64,000 nt of DNA from a virus: IMG/VR virus record IMGVR_UViG_3300027769_000875, positions 32,001 through 96,000 of that record. One strand, written 5' to 3'. A program made the translations under genes and the position numbers. The notes under the pieces are model-generated. The model did not search any database. It had not been told where the DNA came from and worked only from the letters and a program-made list of their open reading frames with translations. Below, one piece after another: positions 21,301-27,208 of the stretch; the first letter of the stretch is position 1, and each line of letters begins with the position of its first letter.

Positions 21301-21397
21301 TTGCTGCGTTATCATAGTTTGTATATACAGTTGGACTTAATCTAATTAAATTCTCTACTACAGGTATATATTGTTCAGTAGTTAAAACACATCCCAT
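9383..21397 (-). CDS. Virion-packaged DNA-dependent RNA polymerase polyprotein (phi14:2 gp66-like) with zincin domain (4004 aa)
   Basis: Catalytic AGSDFDIDSL (DFDID at 13175-13189) preceded by GVRIPTEDKRSM; downstream FADGAKDP; zincin TIYHEAFH (18212-18226) plus AEEILADGF. Confidence 0.9.
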   Translation of the reverse strand: MGCVLTTEQYIPVVENLIRLSPTVYTNYDNAARFILSANLTEEQKKLALHNMAHIYNGLSGLNQEKYNIGKGLDIINLGTDSMFDDTAKYLSNAFTLFDLKKPRPQTYDGISKVIEELSKQSLITLQDLTKAGGVLQLLKNYVSTYKFDTIEDRTDAIDQIRGDLKGVIGDLSKADESYKQVLYSAIDDYIDSLQPKSSYIPIDSVADAVQLDNVLVTLKDGSMIEAIEFDGMLNKIEKDGTLTEIDPATIIAKKSARPADWSDSNDGKQVFKEDFFASGLTIDAVNPEDHVTVLTELNKMASPSSGVKITAVKLSDFGDMRVQRLKELAATETEYAGLAKRDYETFENSTQVAYLQSNPNGKVLTVSRPKASEQDFALVGEILATGKKFYIYSMDNFVFVSSDNSTEKLDLTNPGHLKMLQDMSIKRAGNNIQDLNNSDILSIVASQKLYQEFKDKIAAKIEEAFNVGTSVDVTDDFLQMYDFTNTRSSEPVKTTLKELVEKNPQFSQTVTVVQIDAKGDAVSEEERKLPFYFYKTFDPKFATINYVSSTFLAANERIKVTMPDGEVKLVTEKTYIDDVLNLNEKVKTLFQEEDSRLTELMKTNQPLTRVQKTMHFVLKFPSTGEISYAIVDQVYQLQNPEFFAKFITTMATIIDPTNANKSANIRAMQKTMYQFDPVRMPGKAEPQLTIDFATSTIKNGRALQVEIRPYRGAKDSRYGNIILKSDNSKYAYNFIIPEKDIMTLSKALTQGSLVGIVKSENIALSKLDLSKADDLVQFYTTVFELAKLPTASLNVKNLAQQVSIAQEKFTVSVLDAVTKYIKANPDNVYGEFLDALNEDFAPYTNFQIEDLFSRENDEGVRVLKINSPLSTQSDARSSYNRSMKNVKVYESTGRRSFNLVAKSPVNVSMADQTSENLDQTLEDKAIVDDVAEKENAPVKITPDNVSSTPIVLNDTAETEKDVTDENQNDEDNDVIDFTDDDVPFSISEGTGIEVATEQDILTESQWLAENLPQFGLDTSSLKDLINLSKIDGTVLGMFKDRIIYLNDTITGKGTIYHEAFHGVFRYLLTDTERKALVKQIMDDPKHADNFTSLSLKEFARVRNLSITNYDTLAELVAEEILADGFQKYMSKERKAKPKTALQRFFEMLKKLLNFFVKNRTQIEAVYDRVKTGYYKTATIKSDVFNGQVAYELIDGLVKYNNNEQGNVEKKNSTLSVSEQNQLIDMMVGVIFQDAVQSDTFETKFQRAADKILNEVYSMEKLVAQNPAAREQIEKDYGPLISSYRFILGARMKGLNVNDINLTGDSKYDNKANLNKIRLINGEVIDNTMGQYSFETLRRLVKDKYTKANSVQIARENDEYTLDSEEVEDTFNGDNANEVQDDERVSAQEELESNDFDSGMAEYNRMDSYVAQIRRFFSTLRSDQFDEKNGIYFPRMIDGQVLFPTLLKITAGINPKNIIDSIGVMSEQMIEDGYAQVGKDLQVIFNEIQTRTKADSNGVAQTNKQLLNLIVEVLHGVELNNVMFNVSTPRKINMEDITSGEELLRSESVNFRVFDKVVDADVTKKRNDIISGFIKKHSTDANNDEFKQAVQYLKNFATNFMTAPDILDGMVGQTMKLEKLTNEIHNAMITIGMRVPKSLVRLSLMGINKVENNINLDVDMRLQKFYDVNEDFVRQEQYLEKDFFRSLKIVLDASYLESGKPNSGIRNILDDEKSRNKDAKRLLTILKKASAYVVKYDPTEIPSVVKNAEGKPIYRFTKYNPLLLLGQRLNTMTLEEALADDPYFENTLRAFIEDNALLGPILRGEANEDSVKMQLFLDNFTVAMFGGVQQRIGDVTKKGQTFKSVDERSLHMLQVLAFMDKKVLRDKGGNEISTYLRSFHQLEATSTNFLISALYQPFTSKEAKQTNDKGQLLYQGKYLKIVEDLVAIVNQEYNRASREWNRRLDLKANFENGKSNDLINKYNAVLQDDNVTANVDDSSLRAYRFNILEDFFDDPNNQSLRDDLIDLAKKQVAFEEIDMQDLLSALNDYAQKEFQTYLEKLETLGLIEKLPINEKDKKAEIRPAVAALLPAEYYSSSMLPTSVKEGFAKRSLTDAYGTPHGTNEASAIEPIEKLLFDMFMNNWRNGLHLNQLMDGDMALNVKNAQDYVKRLKKIVASGSNMKNGTHKVAYMNTITAFIHEEFPQYGPYFNAEQIESDFTIPNNNIREELLEGFEKAKGNTVENVNGRVVKWADMMREIFDGQSISSLMHQIDMHDTLGRLDDRGLYILIAKHYRAITQDEARYLESMKIVNNAKKTITADRNVYHKQSESYIDRTDVSILDIAPQNDESIDDATARVYDELHGLYMAVYDLRKDRELAAEMPDAKNQITKIDIEIQNLYRDIHSYYRAMPHREMMHNILNSMELFQIDQLMDTTASKNATLLPIDVFFSERTEDGYINLKMAALDVPNSAKYLQVETSGVKDKAKHSVQSKLLLPANINEEEFRKIIETEVRKTGRTVSEGDIIAMQNIKTALNDYQLSLRQATKARLLYFTQVLRKGDDFDMGKLFTMIRDSLQQQNAPKNILDMFAVKPDGTPVFSPNLSLIRSTLEYYLLAQYSKNVTDEKVSGFKNFHESSFGYNVLFDTQENRVVTTQEIGENPKEFENTARYSSRPLGISVEEQADGTKLYYVEAIVPKPFFENAQQEQFYMDNLTRMFGVRIPTEDKRSMIALKVVDFTDSSKMNNIIVPHFVHLLAGSDFDIDSLFGRMMSYYKNGKGNYSLYGDYSIYENPEVGEFIEFMHYMAKHEDIAPAIKQRKQELINEGTIEMPGEGPLFEVMEALGFGDEKFRGAFTQVALKSKYTEQLDFTNYMFELTKESKELYVKAKEIAEQNPENRELAKTRNVYGKELGDLKAIRKESVRKQRQTKELLNYLDSVFEYQAIMDTLAKYGIPSNVSQYISQIGFSEMVSPKYQNKNLAASLQILANEAVFNFLYINQRSSTQEFKDILSAFGIDLKAITKKSNLFTPTNMIESKVENNMNKDGIGRTAVMNKFLSLASQYNLKLSDKAIVWAYQTIEGRIVLKDTFGQMNEKDQRVIAIIGNILGMFADGAKDPIPAALQMNEVNASTTLAMIGVGLDPEFALAFNFLPEVRQAALAVQQSQFALSEDLEQDYKFYNSAVKEQLADLIEKDESALNRLKAAGVVTPKSFKDMVILDNPLKIKIGFAPKKLSLYALKNNQLTPSAIGFEMVYDDNNQPLTENEMKIVLLLYYAKQAQQTWAINRAASITNLFKRLNPSLVAFDKMRDNINELKDEEKLFDKESAADLFGDNQVWSILSEALDDANEQFSKIFLERTPFFMPITTAFKGYFEDPKTISNTLTSFLALNKFKMTYPGSRKVNNPAIQSLLDNDDEVILRTFTPEYWFTNDLFTQVERFREKYPDNEFLKLLRQSESKNTATVLFNGKSYQGISERFISMISKAKVKGDYASKIADDIAFLYNQGGTDERQFVKSLFYHDLVRTGLQYKEGSFMAYMPAELKVPLSGYIDEFIQGIESVVQSKNFEEDFKSFMLNYTGEKSQDGVVKFFDEMFDQIAYAAASENNNRKIPKFRDKNNTRGVLFTINSKKPNFSKPIVKAFVDEKQEATKETLPEAKIKAMNYVLDALDLQFPEGTDLAKVDRINIADALGSEFTINLSGKNQKANITLGKMFGIQKDITEPDSVEFVFPSIMRIGLNTYVLQGIDNNASKGKSIGSNLYDSIMGTTTFSNIGTFAKYKVIPSQYASEALSPIAFSTENAETYKRYIDKKESIVFNTNIVDTNAGEKVGTDVKDENKKPDATKKPTENVVITDGISESQLKKNDPGVLQEGIDQETGVSQSQIDAGENSLAALMNILGKNPQPENAPKVPEIQRGRYVNYKGTTYIVTQQNANGTWQLYNPLLEGVKSKISVAEANMKALDMVAKIVDYKDSEYIVTSKNTIISLTTNKRMMWGEEDGNRKAILALAAQNRTIIKPNNRPSIDPTDENNC

Positions 21398-21409
21398 TTC
21401 TTTACGTAT

Positions 21410-24400
21410 TTATTTAAAACAAGAGTTTATCTTTCTCAGTTGATCTAAAATGGTCTCTTCAGAAACCTCACCCTCACTAACAAATTTACCAATTTTTTCT
21501 GAGATTTTGGCTAACTCTTTTTTGGTATCTTCTACAGTTTGAGTTGCTTTTTGTATTGCGTCATCATATTCAGCAATAAGTGTATCTAACTTTTCTACCA
21601 ATGCAGGGTTTCCTGCAAGATTTCTTTGACTAACAAGATCTTTTCTTTCTTTCTGATAGTCTGGTATAATAGCAGTTTCATAATCGTTAATGACAAACTC
21701 CAATGAATCAATGCGACTTTGTGTTCTTTTGTCTATCACAGGTTTGTTTGTGGTAATTGATTTTTGAATTGCATCTTTAATCTCAGCCAAAACTCTTTCT
21801 GTTTCAGCAACTGTAGTACGTTCAGGATATTTAATATCTGCTACAAGTTTTGCAAACGCAGTCTCATCAAAACCTTCTGGAACTTTAACATTAACTATTG
21901 TACGTCCACCACCTCTGCCAAACATGTCTTGACCCTCAATGATTACACCAAGCACTCCATTGTTGATGTAGTAATTGGTTTTACCATATCTTCTTAATTT
22001 AGATAGTTCTTCAGATTCATTGCCCATTTTTGTAGAGGCATCATCGCTGATAATACTTTCCATACCATTTTTTGTGGTAGATTGTACATTCAAATTTAAA
22101 ACTACAGGAGCTGTTGTTTGAATTCCACTTTTTTCTTTAGCATATAACTTTTTTAGTTTATCTATTACCTCTTCTTTAGTATTACCATAAACAGTCTCTA
22201 TATTTTCAAATATGCTTGCAGCATTATTTGGATCCCAATTTGGTCCAAAGTAGGTCCCTTCACCCCTAAACGCTCTATTAACTTCGTCAATGCTATATTG
22301 CATTCTCCTTTGTACATCATCTGTTGGTGCTTGTGCAGACATACTTTCAAGTCTGTCAAATAAATCTTGAACTGATTGCATAGGTAATGCAGGACCTCCA
22401 ACAAATCCTGAAGTTGTATCTTCAAAAAGATTTAATTGTTCTTGCTCTTGGCGTTCTGCCTTTTTTCTTTTTTGTTTGATTTTATCAAGAGGTACACCTG
22501 TTAGTATAGACTCTTTTATATCATCAAGATTACGTTTACCTTGTGGTATTTTGTAATACTCTTCTAAAGTTTGAATAGCAGTTTCATTTGCTTTATTGTA
22601 AGCACGTAAAGATATTTGTCCTCTACGCACCATTTGATCTACTTTATAAGTTGGATCTTCAAATGCTGTCAAGTCGCCTAGGTGCAATCTTGTCCAATCA
22701 ATATCTGTTCTTGCATTGTTAAGTTCATTTGCAAGATCATTTGCTTTTTCTTCAGATTCAATTTTCTCATCAGTAAGAGTTATTCCATTTCTAGAAACAA
22801 CGTCATAACCTTCTTCTGGATCTCCTTCAACAACAAATGGTTCTTGCTCATTCTCTGCTTTGTTTGTACCATCTTTACCAGTGCCATTAAGTTTTTCAAG
22901 TAACTCAAGTTGCGCTTGTGCTGCTGCATCAGCTGCATCTATTGTTGTGTTATCAAAGTTATCTAATGGATCTTTGGTTTCATCAAGCGTTCCTTCTGGT
23001 TGCTCAAATACTTGAGGAATTTCTTCGTCTACTGGTTCTTGCACAGGAGCATTTTCCTCTTCTGCTCTCAAACGTTCATCTTCTATAATAGACTGAATCT
23101 CAGATATTTCAGCAGCCTTTGCAGTCATAATTTCAACTTCACGTGGAGTTAAATCAATACCTTCAAGATCACGTCTTGCAATACTTTGCAATGTTATATC
23201 ATCAACTTCTTGATTCTGTTTGAAGCTTTCATACACCGTGTCTGATATTACCTCAATAGGTGTATTATTAAAATGCTCTACAACATCATCATTAGTAATA
23301 AGATTTCGCTCCATTGCCAAATTCAACACCTCATTCTCTGGCATTGCGTCAAGTTGTGCCATTTCAAATTCGCCAGTATTAACAAGAGCCTCTTTTGCTA
23401 AAGTTACTTTTGAACCATCCTGCACACCTCCATTTGCATTTTCATCAAAGTTTAAAGTTGATACAATAGAATCTACTTCATCTTTGTTAGCATTATATAC
23501 CTCACTTTGTCTATCAGACAATTGAACCTTTTGAGCAATTCTACGTGCAATAAGTGCAAGTGTATATCTTGGAACCTTTTTAGTTTTTTGAAACTCTTCA
23601 TACTGCATGTCGTTGATATCACCTGTAATGTCTTGAGTAGCATATTCATCAAGCATTTCAGCAATCTTGTCAGAAATTAAATCATTAAGTTTCTTAATGT
23701 TTTCTTGGGCAAACTTTGCGTTTTGCAAACCTGTGTTCTCATCAATACTAACTAGAACAAGATTCTTATAGTAGTCACTACTTGTAACAGCAGTAGATAG
23801 TTCCTCATATAGTTTAGCAGCAAGTTGTATTTTTTCTACAATATCTTCTAAATCTGAGTTGGAAGCTACACTTAAGATTATTTCTCGTAATCTATTATTC
23901 AGGTTATCTACAAACTCAAGTATTTCATATTTGAATCTACCATCTTGGATGTTTGTAAGTGTTTGGCGATAATACTCTGGATTAAACAACAAGTCCATTG
24001 CTTGTGTGTAGTCCTTAGAATCTTGCTCCAAACGCATGAAATCTACAACCTTATCAAGTGCATCACGTAACGATTGTTCTGATAACTGGTCTGATATGCC
24101 ATATTCTTTATTACGCAGATTGATAAATTCTCTAAATGTTTCTGCTATATCCTTATGATCTAAAGAGTAAACAGTTGTATTCTCATCAATAAGATTTCCA
24201 TCTTCATCGTAGTATTTGATAGAATTAATTGGAACTCCAACAAACGTATTATAGATTTTTTCTTTTTGATCTACTACCTCTCCTGTTTCAGTATCTTGTC
24301 TCATCGCAATAGTATCACGATCATCCCAAAATTCCATCCACTTATCATATAATTCTAATAAGCGTTTCTTATCTTTTATTTTTCCCTGTACTTGTTCTTT

Positions 24401-27208
24401 TTGTGCAGGTGTCATGTCTGTTGATTCTAAACTTTCTTCAAGAAGTTTAATGTCTGCAAGCATGTTACCTGACTCAGCTTTAAAGTTTTCAGGATTAGCA
24501 AGAACACGTAAGGCATACTCAGATGAGTTGGCCATTCCTGGGATTGCTAAAAGATCTTGAGATACTTTCTGTGCTCGCTCAGAAGCACGTGTTGCTTTCA
24601 TAGCATTAAGTGCTACAATACGAATTGCTTCTTCTTGAGCATTATGCATTATGATTGCAGTCATTTGTTCCTTTGATCCTTTTTCATACATCAAAGGATC
24701 AGGAAGATTGCGTACTTTTCTACGTATCCCATCAACAGTATCAGAATATTTTTTAACGTCTTTGGCCATTGCCTCAGTCATCTCAGCAGCAGAATTGTAT
24801 TTTGTATCTGAAAGTTTAATTCCAAATGCTGCTTCAAACTCTTCATTACTCATGGTCTTACCCATTTCACGAAGTGCTTGTTGGAAAGTAAGAATAGTAC
24901 CAGAACGATTAGCTGCCAATGCAGCACCAAGTACTGAATTATCCTGAGCATTTTGCCATTCATACTGATGACCTTTTGCTGCTGCTTCTGTCTGTGCTAA
25001 AGTAGAATCAACTTGGTTTGTAAAGTTTACAACATTGTCTTCAAACTTTTTACCTGACATCTGAGCCATGATATCATTTTGCAAATTGATATCACGTTTT
25101 AATTGCTCACGCATTTTTACATATGGATTCTCAGCAGGATTATCTTTGTACGCTCTTTCTGTTGCTTTCTCATTAAGATAACTTGTCATTTTACCAACAG
25201 TATGCGTAACAGGTCGTATCATAGATCCTGTCAATGCACCCTGTAAGAATGTTCTAAGTCCTTGTTTTGTGAACTGCTCATCAAGACCTTTATTAAAAGC
25301 TTGACCTAATGTATATTTAGTACCATTGTATTGTCCAGCATAATAGTATTTCCAACCAGCACCAGACATTTCCTGAAGGTTTTCTTGAATACCTTCAGTA
25401 ACCTCAAATTTTAGTAAGTCTTTTGCAAAAGCTTTACCTACCTCAAAGGCTGCTTGCTTTCTTCCAAAATCTTTAGCAATCTTTCCTGCCAAACCATATG
25501 TTCCAAAAAAACCTTTTTCATATGTTTTACCAAGAAGTTTGCTTGACTTCCACATTCTATTTACGCCAAGTGTGTTTTCAACACCCTCTTGTAAGATTTC
25601 TTTAGTCCATTTATTTGCTCCAATAAAACGATTAAATATAGTACCAAATTGTAATCTATTTGTGACTAGTAATAAGTTAAGATTTGTATTATAATTGGCA
25701 CTTGCTGATTTCATTGCAAGACCTTGCATTTTAGTAAACTCTTCTGCTGAAGGATTTTGACCTTCGTTGTCAGCACGATACTGCTCAACCATCATATCAA
25801 GAGTAGAACCATAAGATGTAACTGCTTCAAAGTTTGCCTCTGTAGAAGACATATTAAACTCCTGAGCCATGCGTCTCATGCCTTGCAATCCAATTCCTGT
25901 AAGCTTACCTGCATTTAATCCACCTTTAGCACCAGCTACAATCTTTTCACCATAACGTATTCCTGTACCAAGTATAGGCGTACCCTTTGCTAAATTGCCA
26001 GCAAGTTGACCAAATGATTTTGATTTGATAATGTTACGCATGTTTAGTGTGTAAATATCAAACACTTCTTTCATTGATGCACGCAATGCTTCAGAACCTA
26101 CTTTACCAGCACTACCTACAGCTTTTGCTTGATTAGCTTTCTGAGTAACCTTACCAGCTGCTGACAAAGCATCAGTAGATTGATTTGCAAATTGATATGC
26201 ACCTCTACCCATGTCAGCAACAAAATCAGTAAATCTAAATGCTGCTTGTCGTACCATTGAACCTGTACCTGCTCTAGCAGCTGTTTTAGCTCCAGCTACC
26301 GCTGCTTCTTTAGCACCAATACGTGTAGCTGTTGCACCAAATGATACAGCACCACCACCGCCAGTTGCAAATGTAATCGCTGCATCAGCAACAAGTTCTA
26401 ATCCTAATCCTGCAAATGTACCTAATGCAAAACCAGCATTACCTACAAACTCAGATACTGAACGTTTACTAAATATGTCATCTTCCTCTTCTGGTGGTAC
26501 AAACGTATAATTACGCATTGATTCTTTGTACTCTTCAAAATTAGAATCAATCATTTCACCTTCAGTGTACTTAAGCTTGTCCCAATCCCAATTCCAAATT
26601 GCTTCACCTATTCTTCCATAAGATGCAAAGTAATCTGTAAAAGTATTACCAAATCTTGTAGCAAAGCTGTCAAAACCTTTACCTAATGCGGATCCCCAAG
26701 TTTCTGCTTCAATATAACCCTTTTGCTTTTCAGGATTGAAGTAGTTAAACCCTTGAGGATCAAAATCATCTTGATATCTGAACATATCAATATCTTGACC
26801 TGCATATCTTGTTTTAGGACCAACAACTGGATTGATCTTTTCACTTAAAGTTTTTGGTTGAAATCTTTCAACAAATATCTCATTAGCATTTGAATCAATT
26901 ACTTGATTCATTGCGTTCATAAAATCACTTGGTTGGGGTGAAGGTTGTGTTGATATATTTGGTTTTGCAGGAGCAGAAGGTTGTCCAAAATTCTTTGCAC
27001 CATCCCCTGGTCCAGGAGCCACAATATTATTAATATCAAAAGATGGCGTAGATGCTTCAGACGTAGCTTGTATTTCTGCTGCGCCTAAATCTAGTGCATC
27101 TTCTACTGATAAGTTTTGCGACAAACTTGTTTCAGCACCCATACTTGCCTCAGCATTAGCAGCCATTTCTGCCAATTGCTGTGTTCCCATTTCTAGTTCT
27201 TCTGCCAT
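21410..27208 (-). CDS. Giant ejection/cargo protein with Gly/Ala hydrophobic segments (1932 aa)
   Basis: GNAGFALGTFAGLGLELVADAAITFATGGGG and FEVTEGIQENLQE motifs of the kind seen in phage ejection proteins; lies immediately upstream of the RNAP gene. Confidence 0.75.
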   Translation of the reverse strand: MAEELEMGTQQLAEMAANAEASMGAETSLSQNLSVEDALDLGAAEIQATSEASTPSFDINNIVAPGPGDGAKNFGQPSAPAKPNISTQPSPQPSDFMNAMNQVIDSNANEIFVERFQPKTLSEKINPVVGPKTRYAGQDIDMFRYQDDFDPQGFNYFNPEKQKGYIEAETWGSALGKGFDSFATRFGNTFTDYFASYGRIGEAIWNWDWDKLKYTEGEMIDSNFEEYKESMRNYTFVPPEEEDDIFSKRSVSEFVGNAGFALGTFAGLGLELVADAAITFATGGGGAVSFGATATRIGAKEAAVAGAKTAARAGTGSMVRQAAFRFTDFVADMGRGAYQFANQSTDALSAAGKVTQKANQAKAVGSAGKVGSEALRASMKEVFDIYTLNMRNIIKSKSFGQLAGNLAKGTPILGTGIRYGEKIVAGAKGGLNAGKLTGIGLQGMRRMAQEFNMSSTEANFEAVTSYGSTLDMMVEQYRADNEGQNPSAEEFTKMQGLAMKSASANYNTNLNLLLVTNRLQFGTIFNRFIGANKWTKEILQEGVENTLGVNRMWKSSKLLGKTYEKGFFGTYGLAGKIAKDFGRKQAAFEVGKAFAKDLLKFEVTEGIQENLQEMSGAGWKYYYAGQYNGTKYTLGQAFNKGLDEQFTKQGLRTFLQGALTGSMIRPVTHTVGKMTSYLNEKATERAYKDNPAENPYVKMREQLKRDINLQNDIMAQMSGKKFEDNVVNFTNQVDSTLAQTEAAAKGHQYEWQNAQDNSVLGAALAANRSGTILTFQQALREMGKTMSNEEFEAAFGIKLSDTKYNSAAEMTEAMAKDVKKYSDTVDGIRRKVRNLPDPLMYEKGSKEQMTAIIMHNAQEEAIRIVALNAMKATRASERAQKVSQDLLAIPGMANSSEYALRVLANPENFKAESGNMLADIKLLEESLESTDMTPAQKEQVQGKIKDKKRLLELYDKWMEFWDDRDTIAMRQDTETGEVVDQKEKIYNTFVGVPINSIKYYDEDGNLIDENTTVYSLDHKDIAETFREFINLRNKEYGISDQLSEQSLRDALDKVVDFMRLEQDSKDYTQAMDLLFNPEYYRQTLTNIQDGRFKYEILEFVDNLNNRLREIILSVASNSDLEDIVEKIQLAAKLYEELSTAVTSSDYYKNLVLVSIDENTGLQNAKFAQENIKKLNDLISDKIAEMLDEYATQDITGDINDMQYEEFQKTKKVPRYTLALIARRIAQKVQLSDRQSEVYNANKDEVDSIVSTLNFDENANGGVQDGSKVTLAKEALVNTGEFEMAQLDAMPENEVLNLAMERNLITNDDVVEHFNNTPIEVISDTVYESFKQNQEVDDITLQSIARRDLEGIDLTPREVEIMTAKAAEISEIQSIIEDERLRAEEENAPVQEPVDEEIPQVFEQPEGTLDETKDPLDNFDNTTIDAADAAAQAQLELLEKLNGTGKDGTNKAENEQEPFVVEGDPEEGYDVVSRNGITLTDEKIESEEKANDLANELNNARTDIDWTRLHLGDLTAFEDPTYKVDQMVRRGQISLRAYNKANETAIQTLEEYYKIPQGKRNLDDIKESILTGVPLDKIKQKRKKAERQEQEQLNLFEDTTSGFVGGPALPMQSVQDLFDRLESMSAQAPTDDVQRRMQYSIDEVNRAFRGEGTYFGPNWDPNNAASIFENIETVYGNTKEEVIDKLKKLYAKEKSGIQTTAPVVLNLNVQSTTKNGMESIISDDASTKMGNESEELSKLRRYGKTNYYINNGVLGVIIEGQDMFGRGGGRTIVNVKVPEGFDETAFAKLVADIKYPERTTVAETERVLAEIKDAIQKSITTNKPVIDKRTQSRIDSLEFVINDYETAIIPDYQKERKDLVSQRNLAGNPALVEKLDTLIAEYDDAIQKATQTVEDTKKELAKISEKIGKFVSEGEVSEETILDQLRKINSCFK
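23085..23620 (-). repeat. Two diverged ~55-aa repeats inside the 1932-aa protein
   Basis: INDMQYEEFQKTKKVPRYTLALIARRIAQKVQLSDRQSEVY versus ISDTVYESFKQNQEVDDITLQSIARRDLEGIDLTPREVEIM. Confidence 0.7.

Noticed and set aside
21398-21412. In-frame TAA plus 12-nt gap between the 1932-aa gene and the RNAP gene as a readthrough fusion
   Set aside because: One-in-three chance of being in frame; TAA stop, no stimulatory structure, and a normal A-rich leader before the ATG.
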